DNA from: Acidobacteriota bacterium
Lineage (GTDB): Bacteria; Acidobacteriota; Vicinamibacteria; Marinacidobacterales; SMYC01
Assembly (NCBI GenBank): GCA_004356105.1
Contig: SMYC01000060.1
Location: forward strand, 1,194-65,193
Direction: 5' to 3'
DNA length: 64,000 nucleotides
Of the stretch, positions 32,479-42,968 are shown piece by piece; the first letter of the stretch is position 1, and every line of letters begins with the position of its first letter. Made by a program: the position numbers and the translations under genes. Below the pieces are notes generated by a model that did no database searches, was not told the DNA's origin, and saw nothing but the letters and a program-made list of their open reading frames with translations.

Positions 32479-33192
32479 ATGTCGACATTCACTGCTGAGA
32501 TCGTAGGAACTGCGATTCTGATGCTTCTAGGCAACGGCGTGGTCGCCAACGTTCTTTTGAAAGGCACGAAAGGCGAAGGGGCGGGCTGGCTCGTTATCAC
32601 GCTCGCTTGGGGCGCGTCCGTTTTCGTCGCCGTCGCGGTCGTGGCGCCGGTGAGTGGCGCTCATATCAATCCCGCCGTCACACTGGCCTTGGCCGTAGCG
32701 GGAAAATTCGCCTGGGCGAAAGTGCCGCTCTACTGGACCGCACAAATGCTCGGCGCTGCTCTCGGAACCGCGCTCGTATGGCTCATGTACCGGCAACATT
32801 ACGCGATCACGGAAGACGGCGACGCGAAGCTCGCGACGTTTTGTACCGGCCCCGCTATCCGCAGCCCGCTCGACAATTTCGCTTCGGAAGTCATCGGAAC
32901 CTTCGTTCTCGCCTTTGCGGTTCTGATGATGGCCGCCCCAGGCGTAGGACTCGGCGCGATCGATGCACTGCCGGTCGCGATTGTCGTGCTCGTCATCGGC
33001 CTTTCGCTCGGCGGCACGACCGGCTACGCGATCAACCCCGCCCGCGATCTCGCGCCGCGGCTAATGCACGCTTTGTTGCCCATTCCGGGAAAACGCGACA
33101 GTAACTGGAGCTACGCGTGGGTGCCGGTCGCAGGCCCTCTATCGGGCGCTGTCCTCGCGGCTGTGCTGGCCCGGGCGCTCTCTTCCACCTGA
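32479..33192 (+). CDS. glpF: Aquaglyceroporin / glycerol uptake facilitator (MIP family).
   Basis: It has two NPA boxes (SGAHINPAVTLA and NPARD) and 6 transmembrane segments. Confidence 0.85.
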   Translation: MSTFTAEIVGTAILMLLGNGVVANVLLKGTKGEGAGWLVITLAWGASVFVAVAVVAPVSGAHINPAVTLALAVAGKFAWAKVPLYWTAQMLGAALGTALVWLMYRQHYAITEDGDAKLATFCTGPAIRSPLDNFASEVIGTFVLAFAVLMMAAPGVGLGAIDALPVAIVVLVIGLSLGGTTGYAINPARDLAPRLMHALLPIPGKRDSNWSYAWVPVAGPLSGAVLAAVLARALSST

Positions 33193-33202
33193 CACTTTTA
33201 GA

Positions 33203-33730
33203 TTAAACGTCTGATTTGAAGCCGATTCTCTGTTTAGATTTTGAAGCGGGCTTCATGAGCTCGCGAATGGCGTCGAAGACCACCCTGAACTGGACGTCAT
33301 ACGCCTTCTCAAGGGCGGCCAGCTTTTGGGCAAGTTCTCCATGGGAAACCAAGAACCCTCTAAGTCGGACGAATGTCCGCATGATCTCGATGTTGACGAG
33401 GACGGCGCGCTTGCTATCGAGCACGGAGGACAACATTGCTACACCTTGCTCCGTAAAGACGTAAGGGGGATAGCGGCGGCCGCCCCACGATCTTGAGGTC
33501 ACAGTTTGTGACCTCAAGAAGATCCACTCCTCACGACCCAACTGGAAAGCAAAGTCGTGGGGGAAGTGATCCAGATTCCGCTTGAAGGCTTGGTTGAGTG
33601 CTTTCGTCGGAACTTCGTAGAGCTCGGCCAAGTCCTCATCCAGCAAAACGTTCTGGCCCCTGATGAAGTAAATACGATTCTCGATCAACTGCGGCGGAAC
33701 GACGAGGGCGGTAGTTTTCTTCTTGGGCAT
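33203..33730 (-). CDS. ORF6N-domain DNA-binding protein (phage anti-repressor-like).
   Basis: The segment [49 protein letters not shown] is a typical ORF6N domain. The start is taken as ATG 33730 (MPKKKTT). Confidence 0.65.
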   Translation of the reverse strand: MPKKKTTALVVPPQLIENRIYFIRGQNVLLDEDLAELYEVPTKALNQAFKRNLDHFPHDFAFQLGREEWIFLRSQTVTSRSWGGRRYPPYVFTEQGVAMLSSVLDSKRAVLVNIEIMRTFVRLRGFLVSHGELAQKLAALEKAYDVQFRVVFDAIRELMKPASKSKQRIGFKSDV

Positions 33731-34307
33731 GTAATCCTTGACGGGGTTTGAGGACAACAATTTCCAGTTTCATTTTGGTGGACTGTTTTCTATGGGAGGA
33801 TTTCCTCGACGACTGTTTTAGATCACCTCTTGGTTTTCGCTGACACCGACATAGACCCTCGCCGGTTCTCGTGCCGGTTTGGCAGTCTTCGAGTCATCTC
33901 GTGGGCTTGTTACAAGTGAAGTATCGACAACCCGCGTCGTGCTGTTTGCTACTTGCCAGATCTCGAAAATTTCTTCCGACAAGCACTCTCGTATATAACG
34001 ACGAGAACCGCAGACTCAGTCCTCCCTCAGAGGTGCACAAATTTCGCCATCGGATGGGTTTCGACGACCCACCGAGAACACTCATCGAAGCCAAAATGGC
34101 CGCGTACTGCGTGACGGGCGGAGCCCACGAAGACGTCGCGACCGTCATCCTCGACGAGTACGAAGAACTCGAGCAGATGATGTACCCTGCCGGACCGCAC
34201 GCAACGCGGCCCTCGCTCGTCAAGTTTATCCGTGACGAAAGCGGCGCCGTGACTTGGGTCCGGGAACGGGCGCAACGCGCGGAAGGAGGGGCGCTAGCGA
34301 GCCGTAA

Positions 34308-35420
34308 CTATTGGACGCGACCGCCCGCGCTGGAATCTGTCGCGCGATCCAGAGCGGCGTCCGCGGCGCTCAGCACGAGCACAGCAAACGCAGTTGCCGC
34401 GTCGGAAGCCAAGAGACGGGTAAACGCTTCTTCCTTGCTCCGATCCTTGTTCGGAGACAGCGTCTCCCAGCGCCCATCGGCTTCCTGATTCTGCTGAAGC
34501 CACGACACGCCACGCGCGATAGCGGTCGCGTAACGCGCCTCGTCGAGCTGCTGCAAGACGAAAGTGGAAAACGCCGTCGCATAGCCGTCGCTCTCTTGAT
34601 GAGGCGCCGAACCGTCCTTCGAAGGCCAAGGCGCTAAATCCACGAGTCGAAAGCCGCCATCGGCACGTTGCTGCTCGAGAACCTCGCCCGCGAGCCGTGA
34701 CACCTCGGACTCCGACAAAAGACCATCCCACGCGCTCGCCGCCCAAAGAAGCGAAAGGCGGTTGTGAAGATTCGTTTCCCCCGAGAGCCCGCCGCGTAGA
34801 TAACGGCGAAGCCGCGCGAGCCCGTCTGCCGGAGGCGTCACTTCCTCCCGCTGCGCCATGGCCGCCACTATCGCCAAAGAAGCGCCCCAGAACTCGCTAC
34901 CATCCGACTCCCATGGTGCGAGCCCGAAATGAAGCCACGACCACTTGCCGTCGTCCTTCTGCTCCGCCCACATATGCGCCAGCGCCAGCTTCGCCTCACC
35001 GCTCAACGCCCCAGGCGCGCGCTGATCCCGGAGCGAGAGCACTAATGCATTGAGCACGGACTCCGTCCCACGCGACTGATCCGGCTTCTCCGCACCGCGA
35101 GAAGCCTCGTACCAGACCCGCGCATCCTTCCAACCTGTAACCCGCGCTTCCACATCCGCGAAGAACTCGAGCGCGGGGTCCGGGAGCGAGTCGTCGATCG
35201 AAGCACGTGAAATAAGGTACGGCATCCCGGTGTGACAGGACACGCACGCATGCTCCAGCTTCTGCCGAGGCCGTGAGCGCTCCATCCAGAGCGAGGCGCG
35301 TTCATCCAGGTATCGCGCCGCGGCGACACGGTCCCAATTTTCCTCTGCGGCGACGGCGGACGACAGCGACACCGTGGAAAGAAGAAGGACAGCTGAAAGA
35401 CTCAAACGCATCCGAGACAT
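34308..35420 (-). CDS. Secreted protein with a CxxCH haem-binding motif and prenyltransferase / squalene-cyclase-like alpha-alpha toroid repeats.
   Basis: It has a signal peptide, CVSCH, and repeated QxxxDG(G/K/R)W motifs (EQKDDGKWSW, EQQRADGGFRL, QNQEADGRWETL). Confidence 0.55.
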   Translation of the reverse strand: MSRMRLSLSAVLLLSTVSLSSAVAAEENWDRVAAARYLDERASLWMERSRPRQKLEHACVSCHTGMPYLISRASIDDSLPDPALEFFADVEARVTGWKDARVWYEASRGAEKPDQSRGTESVLNALVLSLRDQRAPGALSGEAKLALAHMWAEQKDDGKWSWLHFGLAPWESDGSEFWGASLAIVAAMAQREEVTPPADGLARLRRYLRGGLSGETNLHNRLSLLWAASAWDGLLSESEVSRLAGEVLEQQRADGGFRLVDLAPWPSKDGSAPHQESDGYATAFSTFVLQQLDEARYATAIARGVSWLQQNQEADGRWETLSPNKDRSKEEAFTRLLASDAATAFAVLVLSAADAALDRATDSSAGGRVQ

Positions 35421-35532
35421 TGTAGAGAAACTAGCACGCTGGGCGAGGGGCTACAACCCTCGAACCCTCGGCTCGGAAAGATGGTCGAACAAGGGATCCG
35501 GTGCCCGGCTGAGAGTTAGCTGCGGGGGGGGA

Positions 35533-35870
35533 TCACGGACGGAAGGCAGGCGACGGCTCAATCGTCGTCGGATTTGACTTCATGAACTGGGAGTCGTAGT
35601 TGCGCTCCATGGCGGTGATCTTCCGGGCGAGCTCTTCGTAGCTTACGATCCACTGCCTCAGTCGCACGAAGGTTCGCATGATGGCGATATTCACCTGGAC
35701 AGCCCGCTCGCTTCGAAGAACGCTGGAAAGCATCAAGATTCCATGCTCCGTAAAAGCGCGGGGATGATACTTCCGATGAACATGAAATCCTCGGGGAATC
35801 GATTGATGTTCCGGACTAGGACTTCGCCGGCGAGCTGGTAAGCGGCCTTCAACATCGTCTTCCTCGGGGG
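35533..35870 (-). pseudogene. Second ORF6N-domain gene copy, frameshifted.
   Basis: ORF 35533-35736 ([28 protein letters not shown]...) is paralogous to the C-terminus of 33203-33730. The N-terminal part ([27 protein letters not shown]) is in another frame. Confidence 0.5.
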
Positions 35871-35904
35871 AGCCCCCTTTGAGTGAGTAGGAGACCGTGG
35901 AGTG

Positions 35905-36666
35905 TCAGTCCTTGCGTGCGAGCCAGATTTGGTGGGTGGAGCTGGCCTCTAGCGGACGCCCTTCGAAATCGCCAAAGACATCTTCAATCACGAACCCGGT
36001 CTCTTGCAGAAGTTTGCGGCTCTGCTCCGGAGTGAGCCACGAAAGGCGGATGCGCCGGTATCGGCGGCTCGTCACGACCCCTTGCGGGTCGAGCTCGTCT
36101 GTCCAGACGAGGATGTCGAGAACTTGATTCTCGATATCGCGCGTCGTTGCTTCCCACAGAATCCAGTCGGGACGGCTGGCACGCAGGTGGGGCACGCCCG
36201 ATTCTTGCGGGTAGTCAGGATCGAAGATGAAATGGTCGAAGATGAAATAGCCCCCTGACCGCAGCTGCCCGCGGATGGTCTCGAGCGCCCGGCGCTTGTC
36301 CTCTTCCTTTATTAGATGACCGATGCTGTGGAAGGGGATCGTGATGAGCGCGGCGGGCTCGGGAAGCTCGAAATCACGAAAATCGGCTTTAATGAGCGTC
36401 AAGCGGTCGAGGACGCCAGCGGCGCGCGCCCGTGTCTCACAGAGCTCGAGTATTTTCTCGGAAGAGTCGACGCCGATGACGGCTTTGCCTCGCTTGGCCG
36501 CTTCGATACAAATGCGCCCATTGCCGACGCCGAGCTCGACCGCGGGCCCGTCCGCTTCCACGAGGCACTTTACGTAGAATTCCTGATTTTCGCGGGTGAC
36601 GGGAGCGCTCTCAGCCCAGGCGTCGTAGATGTCGGCGAAAGCGTCGTACGGCACAGCAGCGGTCAT
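35905..36666 (-). CDS. Class I SAM-dependent methyltransferase.
   Basis: Motif I is VELGVGNGR and motif II is LIKADF. ATG 36666 (MTAAVPYD) is chosen as the start to avoid overlapping the divergent fadB-like start. Confidence 0.75.
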   Translation of the reverse strand: MTAAVPYDAFADIYDAWAESAPVTRENQEFYVKCLVEADGPAVELGVGNGRICIEAAKRGKAVIGVDSSEKILELCETRARAAGVLDRLTLIKADFRDFELPEPAALITIPFHSIGHLIKEEDKRRALETIRGQLRSGGYFIFDHFIFDPDYPQESGVPHLRASRPDWILWEATTRDIENQVLDILVWTDELDPQGVVTSRRYRRIRLSWLTPEQSRKLLQETGFVIEDVFGDFEGRPLEASSTHQIWLARKD

Positions 36667-36751
36667 TTTTCTTCTAACGTTGCTCGCCAAGCTCTGATAA
36701 AGTTGCGAGCCCTCGGCAAGCGGTTTCAAAAGAGTATCAGATGGAGGTCTC

Positions 36752-38851
36752 ATGAGCAGCGTGGTCGAAGTGACTCAGGACGGGTCGGTGCGCGTCCTAT
36801 CTATCGACAACCCTCCCGTGAATGGGCTCGGCGCCGCCGTGCGGTCGGCTCTCGCCGAAGAGCTCACGAAAGCTCTCCAAGATGAAGGTGTCGAGGCCAT
36901 TGTTCTCGCGGGAAAAGGAAAGTTTTTTTGCGCTGGAGCCGACATCCGGGAGTTTGGCAAGGAGCCACCTCCCGACACACCGCATCTCCCCGACGTCATC
37001 GACGCGCTCGAAGCTTCGACGAAGCCCGTCGTCGCCGCGATCCAAGGTGTCGCCGCCGGCGGCGGGCTCGAGCTTGCGCTCGGCTGTCACGGACGCGTGG
37101 CCACGGCCGACGCACGTGTTGGCCTTCCCGAAGTCACGCTCGGCATCATCCCGGGTGCGGGCGGCACACAGCGTTTGCCGCGGCTCATTGGCGTTGCAGC
37201 CGCGCTCGACATCATTGTCGCCGGGAAGCTCGTGCCCGCTCCGAAAGCCGAGAAGCTCGGCTATGTGGACCAAGTCGTTACCAATAACGCCAACGTCATC
37301 GACGCCGCCAAAGACTACGCGCGAGCCATCGTCGCAGGAGACAAACCTTTCCGCCGGGCCTCCGAAGGGACCGTCGAAGCGGAGGCCACCGTCTTCGACG
37401 ACGTGAAAACGCGCATCGCGAAAAAGGCGCGCGGCTTCGAAGCACCCTACGCGGCCATCGACGCGGTGCGCGCTTCGGTCGAGCTTCCAATCAAAGAAGG
37501 TTTCGCCCGCGAGCGCGAGATCTTTGTCGGCCTCGTTGATTCCGTTCAGGCCCAAGCGCAACGGCACGTCTTTTTTGCCGAGCGCGCGATCGCAAAGATT
37601 CCCGACGTTCCGAAGGACACGCCGGCGAAAGAGATCCGCCGTGTCGGTGTTGTCGGCTGTGGCACGATGGGAGGGGGTATCGCGATGAGCTTCGTGAATG
37701 CCGGTTTCCCAGTGAGCGTTCTCGAAAGCAACGAGGAGTACCTCGATCGCGGCCTCGAGAAGATCCGTGGACTCTATGCTTCGAGCGTCTCGAAAGGCCG
37801 CCTGTCGCAAGAGGACATGGACCAACGGATGGGACGTCTTCAAGGAACGCTCGAAGCTTCCGAGCTCGCGGACGCGGACCTCGTCGTCGAAGCCGTCTTC
37901 GAAGAGATGGACGTCAAGAAAGACATCTTCCGCCGCCTCGACGAAATCTGCAAAGACGACACCATCCTCGCGACGAACACGTCGACGCTCGACGTCAACG
38001 AGATCGCCAACGCGACCAAGCGCCCCGAGCTCGTCATCGGCACGCATTTCTTCAGCCCGGCGAACATCATGAAGCTGATGGAGAACGTGCGCGGCGAGAA
38101 GACGTCGAAAGAGACCATCGCGACGATCATGAAGCTCTCGAAGCAACTCGGGAAAGTCGGTGTGCTCGTCGGTGTATGCGACGGCTTCGTCGGCAACCGC
38201 ATGCTTTATGCCTATCGCCAGCAGGCGGATTTCCTTCTCGAAGAAGGCGCGCTTCCACGGCAAGTCGACAAAGCGCTCTTCGACTTCGGTCTTCCGATGG
38301 GCCCGTTCGCGATGATGGATCTCGCGGGGCTCGATATCGGCTGGGCCATCCGCAAACGGCAAGCACCAACGCGGCCGAAAGAGCTGCGCTACTCCCCCAT
38401 TCCGGACCGCATCTGCGAAATGGGCCGCTTCGGCCAAAAGACAGGCGCGGGCTGGTATCGCTACGAAGAAGGCAGCCGCACCCCCGTCCCCGACCCCGAG
38501 ATCGAAGCGCTCGTTGTCGAGGTCTCGAAAGAGCTCGGCTTCGAGCGGCGCGAAATCAGCGACGAGGAGATCGTCGAGCGCTGCATGTTCCCGCTCATCA
38601 ACGAGGGCGCGAAGATACTCGAAGAAGGGATAGCTCTTCGGCCGGGTGATATCGATATCGTATGGATCTACGGCTATGGTTTTCCGCGCTATCGCGGCGG
38701 GCCGATGTTCTACGCGGACACGGTGGGCATCGACAAGATTCACGAGACGATGGTGCGCCTCTATAAAGAACAAGGTGAGTGGATGAAGCCCGCGCCTCTC
38801 CTTACGCAGCTCGCCAAAGAAGGCAAAAGCTTCAAGGATTACGCGTCATAG
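36752..38851 (+). CDS. fadB: Fatty-acid oxidation multifunctional protein (enoyl-CoA hydratase / 3-hydroxyacyl-CoA dehydrogenase, FadB/FadJ-like).
   Basis: It has an N-terminal crotonase fold (FCAGADI), a central NAD-binding GxGxxG (VGVVGCGTMGGGIA), and a C-terminal 3HCDH domain. The protein is 699 aa. Confidence 0.85.
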   Translation: MSSVVEVTQDGSVRVLSIDNPPVNGLGAAVRSALAEELTKALQDEGVEAIVLAGKGKFFCAGADIREFGKEPPPDTPHLPDVIDALEASTKPVVAAIQGVAAGGGLELALGCHGRVATADARVGLPEVTLGIIPGAGGTQRLPRLIGVAAALDIIVAGKLVPAPKAEKLGYVDQVVTNNANVIDAAKDYARAIVAGDKPFRRASEGTVEAEATVFDDVKTRIAKKARGFEAPYAAIDAVRASVELPIKEGFAREREIFVGLVDSVQAQAQRHVFFAERAIAKIPDVPKDTPAKEIRRVGVVGCGTMGGGIAMSFVNAGFPVSVLESNEEYLDRGLEKIRGLYASSVSKGRLSQEDMDQRMGRLQGTLEASELADADLVVEAVFEEMDVKKDIFRRLDEICKDDTILATNTSTLDVNEIANATKRPELVIGTHFFSPANIMKLMENVRGEKTSKETIATIMKLSKQLGKVGVLVGVCDGFVGNRMLYAYRQQADFLLEEGALPRQVDKALFDFGLPMGPFAMMDLAGLDIGWAIRKRQAPTRPKELRYSPIPDRICEMGRFGQKTGAGWYRYEEGSRTPVPDPEIEALVVEVSKELGFERREISDEEIVERCMFPLINEGAKILEEGIALRPGDIDIVWIYGYGFPRYRGGPMFYADTVGIDKIHETMVRLYKEQGEWMKPAPLLTQLAKEGKSFKDYAS

Positions 38852-39142
38852 AGTCGAGAGCTTCGGCGAGAACTGTAGCCGTTGTCGAGCTCTCGCCGCT
38901 CCTCCGCGGCATCCGCCACGCTCACCCAAAGCTCGCGCTGACGTTCTCGCTCAGCCGCGGTCAAAGCGTCACGTTCGCAAACGATCGGAAGCTCTATCAT
39001 GCTTCCATTATTAGCACAGATCGGCGCGGTAGTTCTTTGATGATCTCGGTGGTCCGCACTCGGTCAATGTTGTCCCAAAAACGTAAACGGAGCCGGCAGT
39101 CGCACCGCGATATCGAGAGAATAGAGCTGGCACGATCCATGC

Positions 39143-40105
39143 GTGTCTTTGCGGCGGAGGCTCCAGATGTCGTCGATTACCCTCATCGCTCTGGCGGCGA
39201 TGGCATCCTCGCAACAGGTCGCCGTCACGACCTTCAAATTCGAGAACACGACACCCGCGTTCGAGCGCGAGCAGGGACCTTCCGTCTGCATCGACGAAGC
39301 CCATCACAACTTTCACACTCTTGAAGGCCGTTATGCACCGTTCGGGACCCTCATGCGCGACGACGGCTACCGCGTCGTGCCGTTCAACGAGAGTTTCGAC
39401 GCCGAGGCACTCGGACGATGCGACGTCCTCGTGATCGCGAGCGCGCTGTCGTCCGAAAACGCTGCGCGCGACCAAGGTTTCCCGCACAGGTCTGCTTTCT
39501 CTCAATCGGAGATCAACGCTTTGTTCCGATGGATCGACGGTGGCGGGTCGTTGCTTCTGATCTCAGACCATCCCCCGTTCTCACCGGCCGCGGCCGACTT
39601 GATCGCGGTCCTAGGCGCGGCAAGCGTCCACACATCCACCGTCGCCATCCCCAAAAAAACGGACGTGTTCCGCCGCATCGACGGGACGCTGCGGGATCAC
39701 GTCATCCTGGAGGGTCGACATCCGGATGAGCGCGTCGCGTCCGTCGCCACTTTCAGCGGGTCCGCCTTTTACCTCTCGAGCCACTTTAAACCGCTGCTCG
39801 TGCTCGGACCTGAGGCCTACGGCATCACCTACCTACGGGAGAATCTTGGTTCTTTGCCAAGAGAAGCGCTTCCCAGATACGACCTCGCCGGTTGGGCGCA
39901 GGCGGCCACACGGCACCTAGGAGAAGGACGCGTGGCGATCCTCGGCGAGGCTTCGATGTGTACGGCTCAGCAGGACGAATATGGTCCGTTCGGCATGAAC
40001 CACCCGGACGCGGCTTCCAACGCGCAGTTCTGCGTGAACCTCGTTCGTTGGTTGAGCGGGGTTTTGGTCGACCCGACCGTTTCGGACGCCGACCGTTTGC
40101 GCTAA
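39143..40105 (+). CDS. Secreted hypothetical protein.
   Basis: It has a signal peptide, 320 aa and coding bias. No confident domain was found. Confidence 0.5.
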   Translation: MSLRRRLQMSSITLIALAAMASSQQVAVTTFKFENTTPAFEREQGPSVCIDEAHHNFHTLEGRYAPFGTLMRDDGYRVVPFNESFDAEALGRCDVLVIASALSSENAARDQGFPHRSAFSQSEINALFRWIDGGGSLLLISDHPPFSPAAADLIAVLGAASVHTSTVAIPKKTDVFRRIDGTLRDHVILEGRHPDERVASVATFSGSAFYLSSHFKPLLVLGPEAYGITYLRENLGSLPREALPRYDLAGWAQAATRHLGEGRVAILGEASMCTAQQDEYGPFGMNHPDAASNAQFCVNLVRWLSGVLVDPTVSDADRLR

Positions 40106-40158
40106 GCTGGAAGTACCGCGCGCAAAGGCCCCGCTCGAATTGACACGATAGGGAGAAC

Positions 40159-41016
40159 ATGAGTCTTAGGACGGATACCGATTCGACGACGACGGGCAGC
40201 AAGAGCCCAAAGCTCGGGCTCGTGTTGCTCGCTCTCGCTTTCGTTTTGCTGCTCGCCGCGGTGGGCGTTATCGGGTTGCGGGTTCTAGGGCAACTGGATG
40301 CCATCGAATCCCAGATCGTGGATTTGAGTACGCAAGCGGTCGAGGCGACCGATGCGTCGGAGCGCGCGCTCGCGCGTGCCGCGCGCGCGGAAGAGGTCGC
40401 CCGCGCAGCCGCGGAAGGACGCCTGCTTGCCGAAGCGGATACGGCGCGCGCCGAGGAAGACGCGGTGGCTGCTCGTGACGACGCGGCCATGTCGCGAGCT
40501 GATGCCGACACGTCGAGGGAGGAATCCGCCCGCGCCCGCGCGGAGGCCGATCGTATCCGCGCGGAAGCACAAGCGGAGCTCGACCGTCTCGAAAAAGCGC
40601 TCGGCAAAATCGCGGACACACGGCGGACCGCGATCGGCCTCGTGATGAATCTCGACGAGGATAAGCTCAAGTTCGACTTCGACAAAGCGGAGTTGAAGCC
40701 GGAGGACAAAGAGCTATTGAGCCGCATCGCGGGCATCCTCCTCACGTCGCAGGACTACACGATCGCGATCAACGGACATACCGACGACGTCGGCAGCGAC
40801 GAATATAATGAGGGGCTCTCGGAGCGACGCGCCGCCGCCGTTCGCGACTACTTCGTCGAGGCCAGCATCAGCGAGGAAATTCTGAGCGTCCAAGGCTGGG
40901 GCAAGAGGCAGCCTCTCGTTCAAGGCACTTCCGACGCGGCCCGTGCCAAGAACCGGCGGGTCGAGCTCGGGATCGTGAACATCCGCATCAACTACCCGAG
41001 AGCTCCGCGACACTAG
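40159..41016 (+). CDS. Membrane-anchored coiled-coil protein with a C-terminal OmpA/MotB peptidoglycan-binding domain.
   Basis: It has an N-terminal TM, an Ala/Arg/Glu-rich coiled coil, and a C-terminal OmpA_C domain (TIAINGHTDDVGSDEYNEGLSERRAAAVRDY...NRRVEL). Confidence 0.8.
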   Translation: MSLRTDTDSTTTGSKSPKLGLVLLALAFVLLLAAVGVIGLRVLGQLDAIESQIVDLSTQAVEATDASERALARAARAEEVARAAAEGRLLAEADTARAEEDAVAARDDAAMSRADADTSREESARARAEADRIRAEAQAELDRLEKALGKIADTRRTAIGLVMNLDEDKLKFDFDKAELKPEDKELLSRIAGILLTSQDYTIAINGHTDDVGSDEYNEGLSERRAAAVRDYFVEASISEEILSVQGWGKRQPLVQGTSDAARAKNRRVELGIVNIRINYPRAPRH

Positions 41017-41084
41017 TTAGTAGTGTCAGCTCACATCATCGAGCCGCACGAGCACGGTGCTCGTCTGTCGGCGACCATTGGGCT

Positions 41085-41770
41085 ATGAGGGGAAGGGACA
41101 GAGGTTGTAACTTCCCCGTCGAAACGGTAAGTTCTCTCGATGTCCCTCGCCTCCGGGACGCGCCTCGCCCGCTACGAGATCCACTCGGGGACGGTCGCAA
41201 TTGGAACGATGCGGAGATCGTGGTGCATTCCCTCGAGACCGGGGAGAGAAAGGTTCTAATCAAAGGAGGCAGAGATGCCCGCTACGTCCCCACAGGGCAG
41301 CTTATCTACGTATTGGATGGGTCGCTTCTAGCGGTGCCGTTTGATGTGGCCAAGCTCGAGGTGACGGGTGGTCCCATACGGATGGCCGAGGGCATCAAGA
41401 CTTCTGAAAGCGACGTTACGGGAGCTGCGCAGTTGAGCATTTCGGACACCGGTGCCTTGGTGTATTTGCCCCTTCGTGTTCCAGGTCTCCGTTCGCTCGT
41501 GTGGGTAGATCGGGACGGAAGAGAGGAGGCCCTCACGACTGAGCCGCGCTCCTATGGGCCTCTGAGTATCTCCCCCGATGGTGGTCGGCGTTGAGACCGA
41601 GCCTAGCTTTGCTCCGGATAACGCCGAGGAACTTTTCGAGGGCTACTGGGTGGGACACCCGGGACGCACCTACGACATCTCCCCCGATCGCGAGCGCTTC
41701 CTGATGATTAAGGAAACCGCGAGCGACAAGTCCCGGCGTTTTGGCGTTTCACGTATCAGTCGAAGGACGT
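41085..41770 (+). pseudogene. Remnant of a TolB-propeller (kinase-associated) gene. The N-terminus is missing and it is frameshifted.
   Basis: ORFs 41085-41594 and 41578-41847 read VLDGSLLAVPFDVAKLEVTGGPIRMAEG...LVWVDRDGREEALT...YDISPDRERFLMIKE, paralogous to the propeller of 17530-19933. No kinase domain lies upstream. Confidence 0.45.
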
Positions 41771-42891
41771 GCTCTCGTCTGCCGTTCGATCGCGCGCACG
41801 AGCTCGTCGCGCTCGAGCGGTTTGTTCACGAGCTCGGAAGCACGTAGGGGTCCGACCGATTCTTCGAAATCCGGATTCCGAATCAAAACGATAGGGATGC
41901 GCGCGACGGCGGGATCGTTTTTGAAGCGCTGAAACCAATCGACTTCGTCTAGCCTCAGCTGCATGTGATCGAGCGTGATGACGTCGGGGCGATTCTTTTG
42001 AGCGCTCTCGTAAGCCTCTTCGAGTGTTGAAGCCGTCACAACTTCGTAGCCTTCGAGTGCGAGGACCCGAGACATGTAGTCCCGCGCGGCTGGCTCATGG
42101 TCTGCGACCAGCACGAGGGGCCCGGGCTCTTTTTGCGCGGGTTCCGCTTCCTCGATAACCGCCTCAACTGGGCGAGGAAACGTCAGCACGGGAGCCGGAG
42201 AGGCGAGCGATACCTCCTCCTCCTCCTCCTCCTCAAAAACTTCCGGAGGCTGACAGACAGCAAGAGACAGGCGCAGCGTGAGCTCACCATTCTCTTCCTC
42301 GAGCTCGAGCTCGCCGCGCATCAACTCGGCCAATCTCCGCACGAGAGCGATCTGAACATCCGTCGAGCTCGCAGCACCGTCCTTCATGCGCGCCTCGAGG
42401 ACCACATGGTCGGTCGAAGCGTGCACTTCGCGGCGTACTTCGAGCCTTGTGTTCCGGGGAGACATCCCCGACACAAGCTGCATGAAGAGCGCGAGCCCTT
42501 GCTCGAGGCAATTCGGATCCCAGAAGCTCTTTCCGAGCTCGCCTCGAATCGACAGACGGAGCGCGCTAGCGAGCCGCGGTCTCTTGGCGATGTTCTCGAG
42601 CATCGCCGTAAGAGCAACGCCCTCGGGCAAGACGGGCTCGGCGGCTCGCTCGTAAGCCGCGAGCGCTATCAGCGGCTCTAAGACGCCTTCGAGCACGTGG
42701 GAGAGCTCTACGAGCTCGGCCGCGCGGTCGTCCTCTTCATGCTTCTTGTCCAAGGCGTGAACCTCGGCCAAGAGCGCCTGGAGAGGCGACTCAATCTGGC
42801 GGCCAACGAGAGCTAGGAGCTCTCCCGCAGTCTTGACCTTCGATGCCAGCTCTTTGGATACGATGATGGAGGTCTCCGCAACGAGATACAC
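41749..42891 (-). CDS. Degenerate histidine-kinase-like domain fused to a C-terminal response-regulator receiver domain.
   Basis: It has an H-box-like segment LSHVLEGVLEPL, a degenerate ATPase region, an acidic linker (EEEEEEE), and a REC domain (LVLVADHE...DVITLDHMQ...IPIVLI). Confidence 0.6.
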   Translation of the reverse strand: MYLVAETSIIVSKELASKVKTAGELLALVGRQIESPLQALLAEVHALDKKHEEDDRAAELVELSHVLEGVLEPLIALAAYERAAEPVLPEGVALTAMLENIAKRPRLASALRLSIRGELGKSFWDPNCLEQGLALFMQLVSGMSPRNTRLEVRREVHASTDHVVLEARMKDGAASSTDVQIALVRRLAELMRGELELEEENGELTLRLSLAVCQPPEVFEEEEEEEVSLASPAPVLTFPRPVEAVIEEAEPAQKEPGPLVLVADHEPAARDYMSRVLALEGYEVVTASTLEEAYESAQKNRPDVITLDHMQLRLDEVDWFQRFKNDPAVARIPIVLIRNPDFEESVGPLRASELVNKPLERDELVRAIERQTRARPSTDT

Positions 42892-42968
42892 GAACCGCGC
42901 GCCGAAACGACGCAGCTTCGGTCCACCCTACTGAATAATTTTTGGATATCTCTAATGATAGTGGCTGG

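Noticed and set aside
38862-38925. A terminator after the fadB-like gene (gagagcttcggcgag...cgagctctcgcc).
   Set aside because: The imperfect stem has no downstream U-tract, and I could not pair it confidently by eye.
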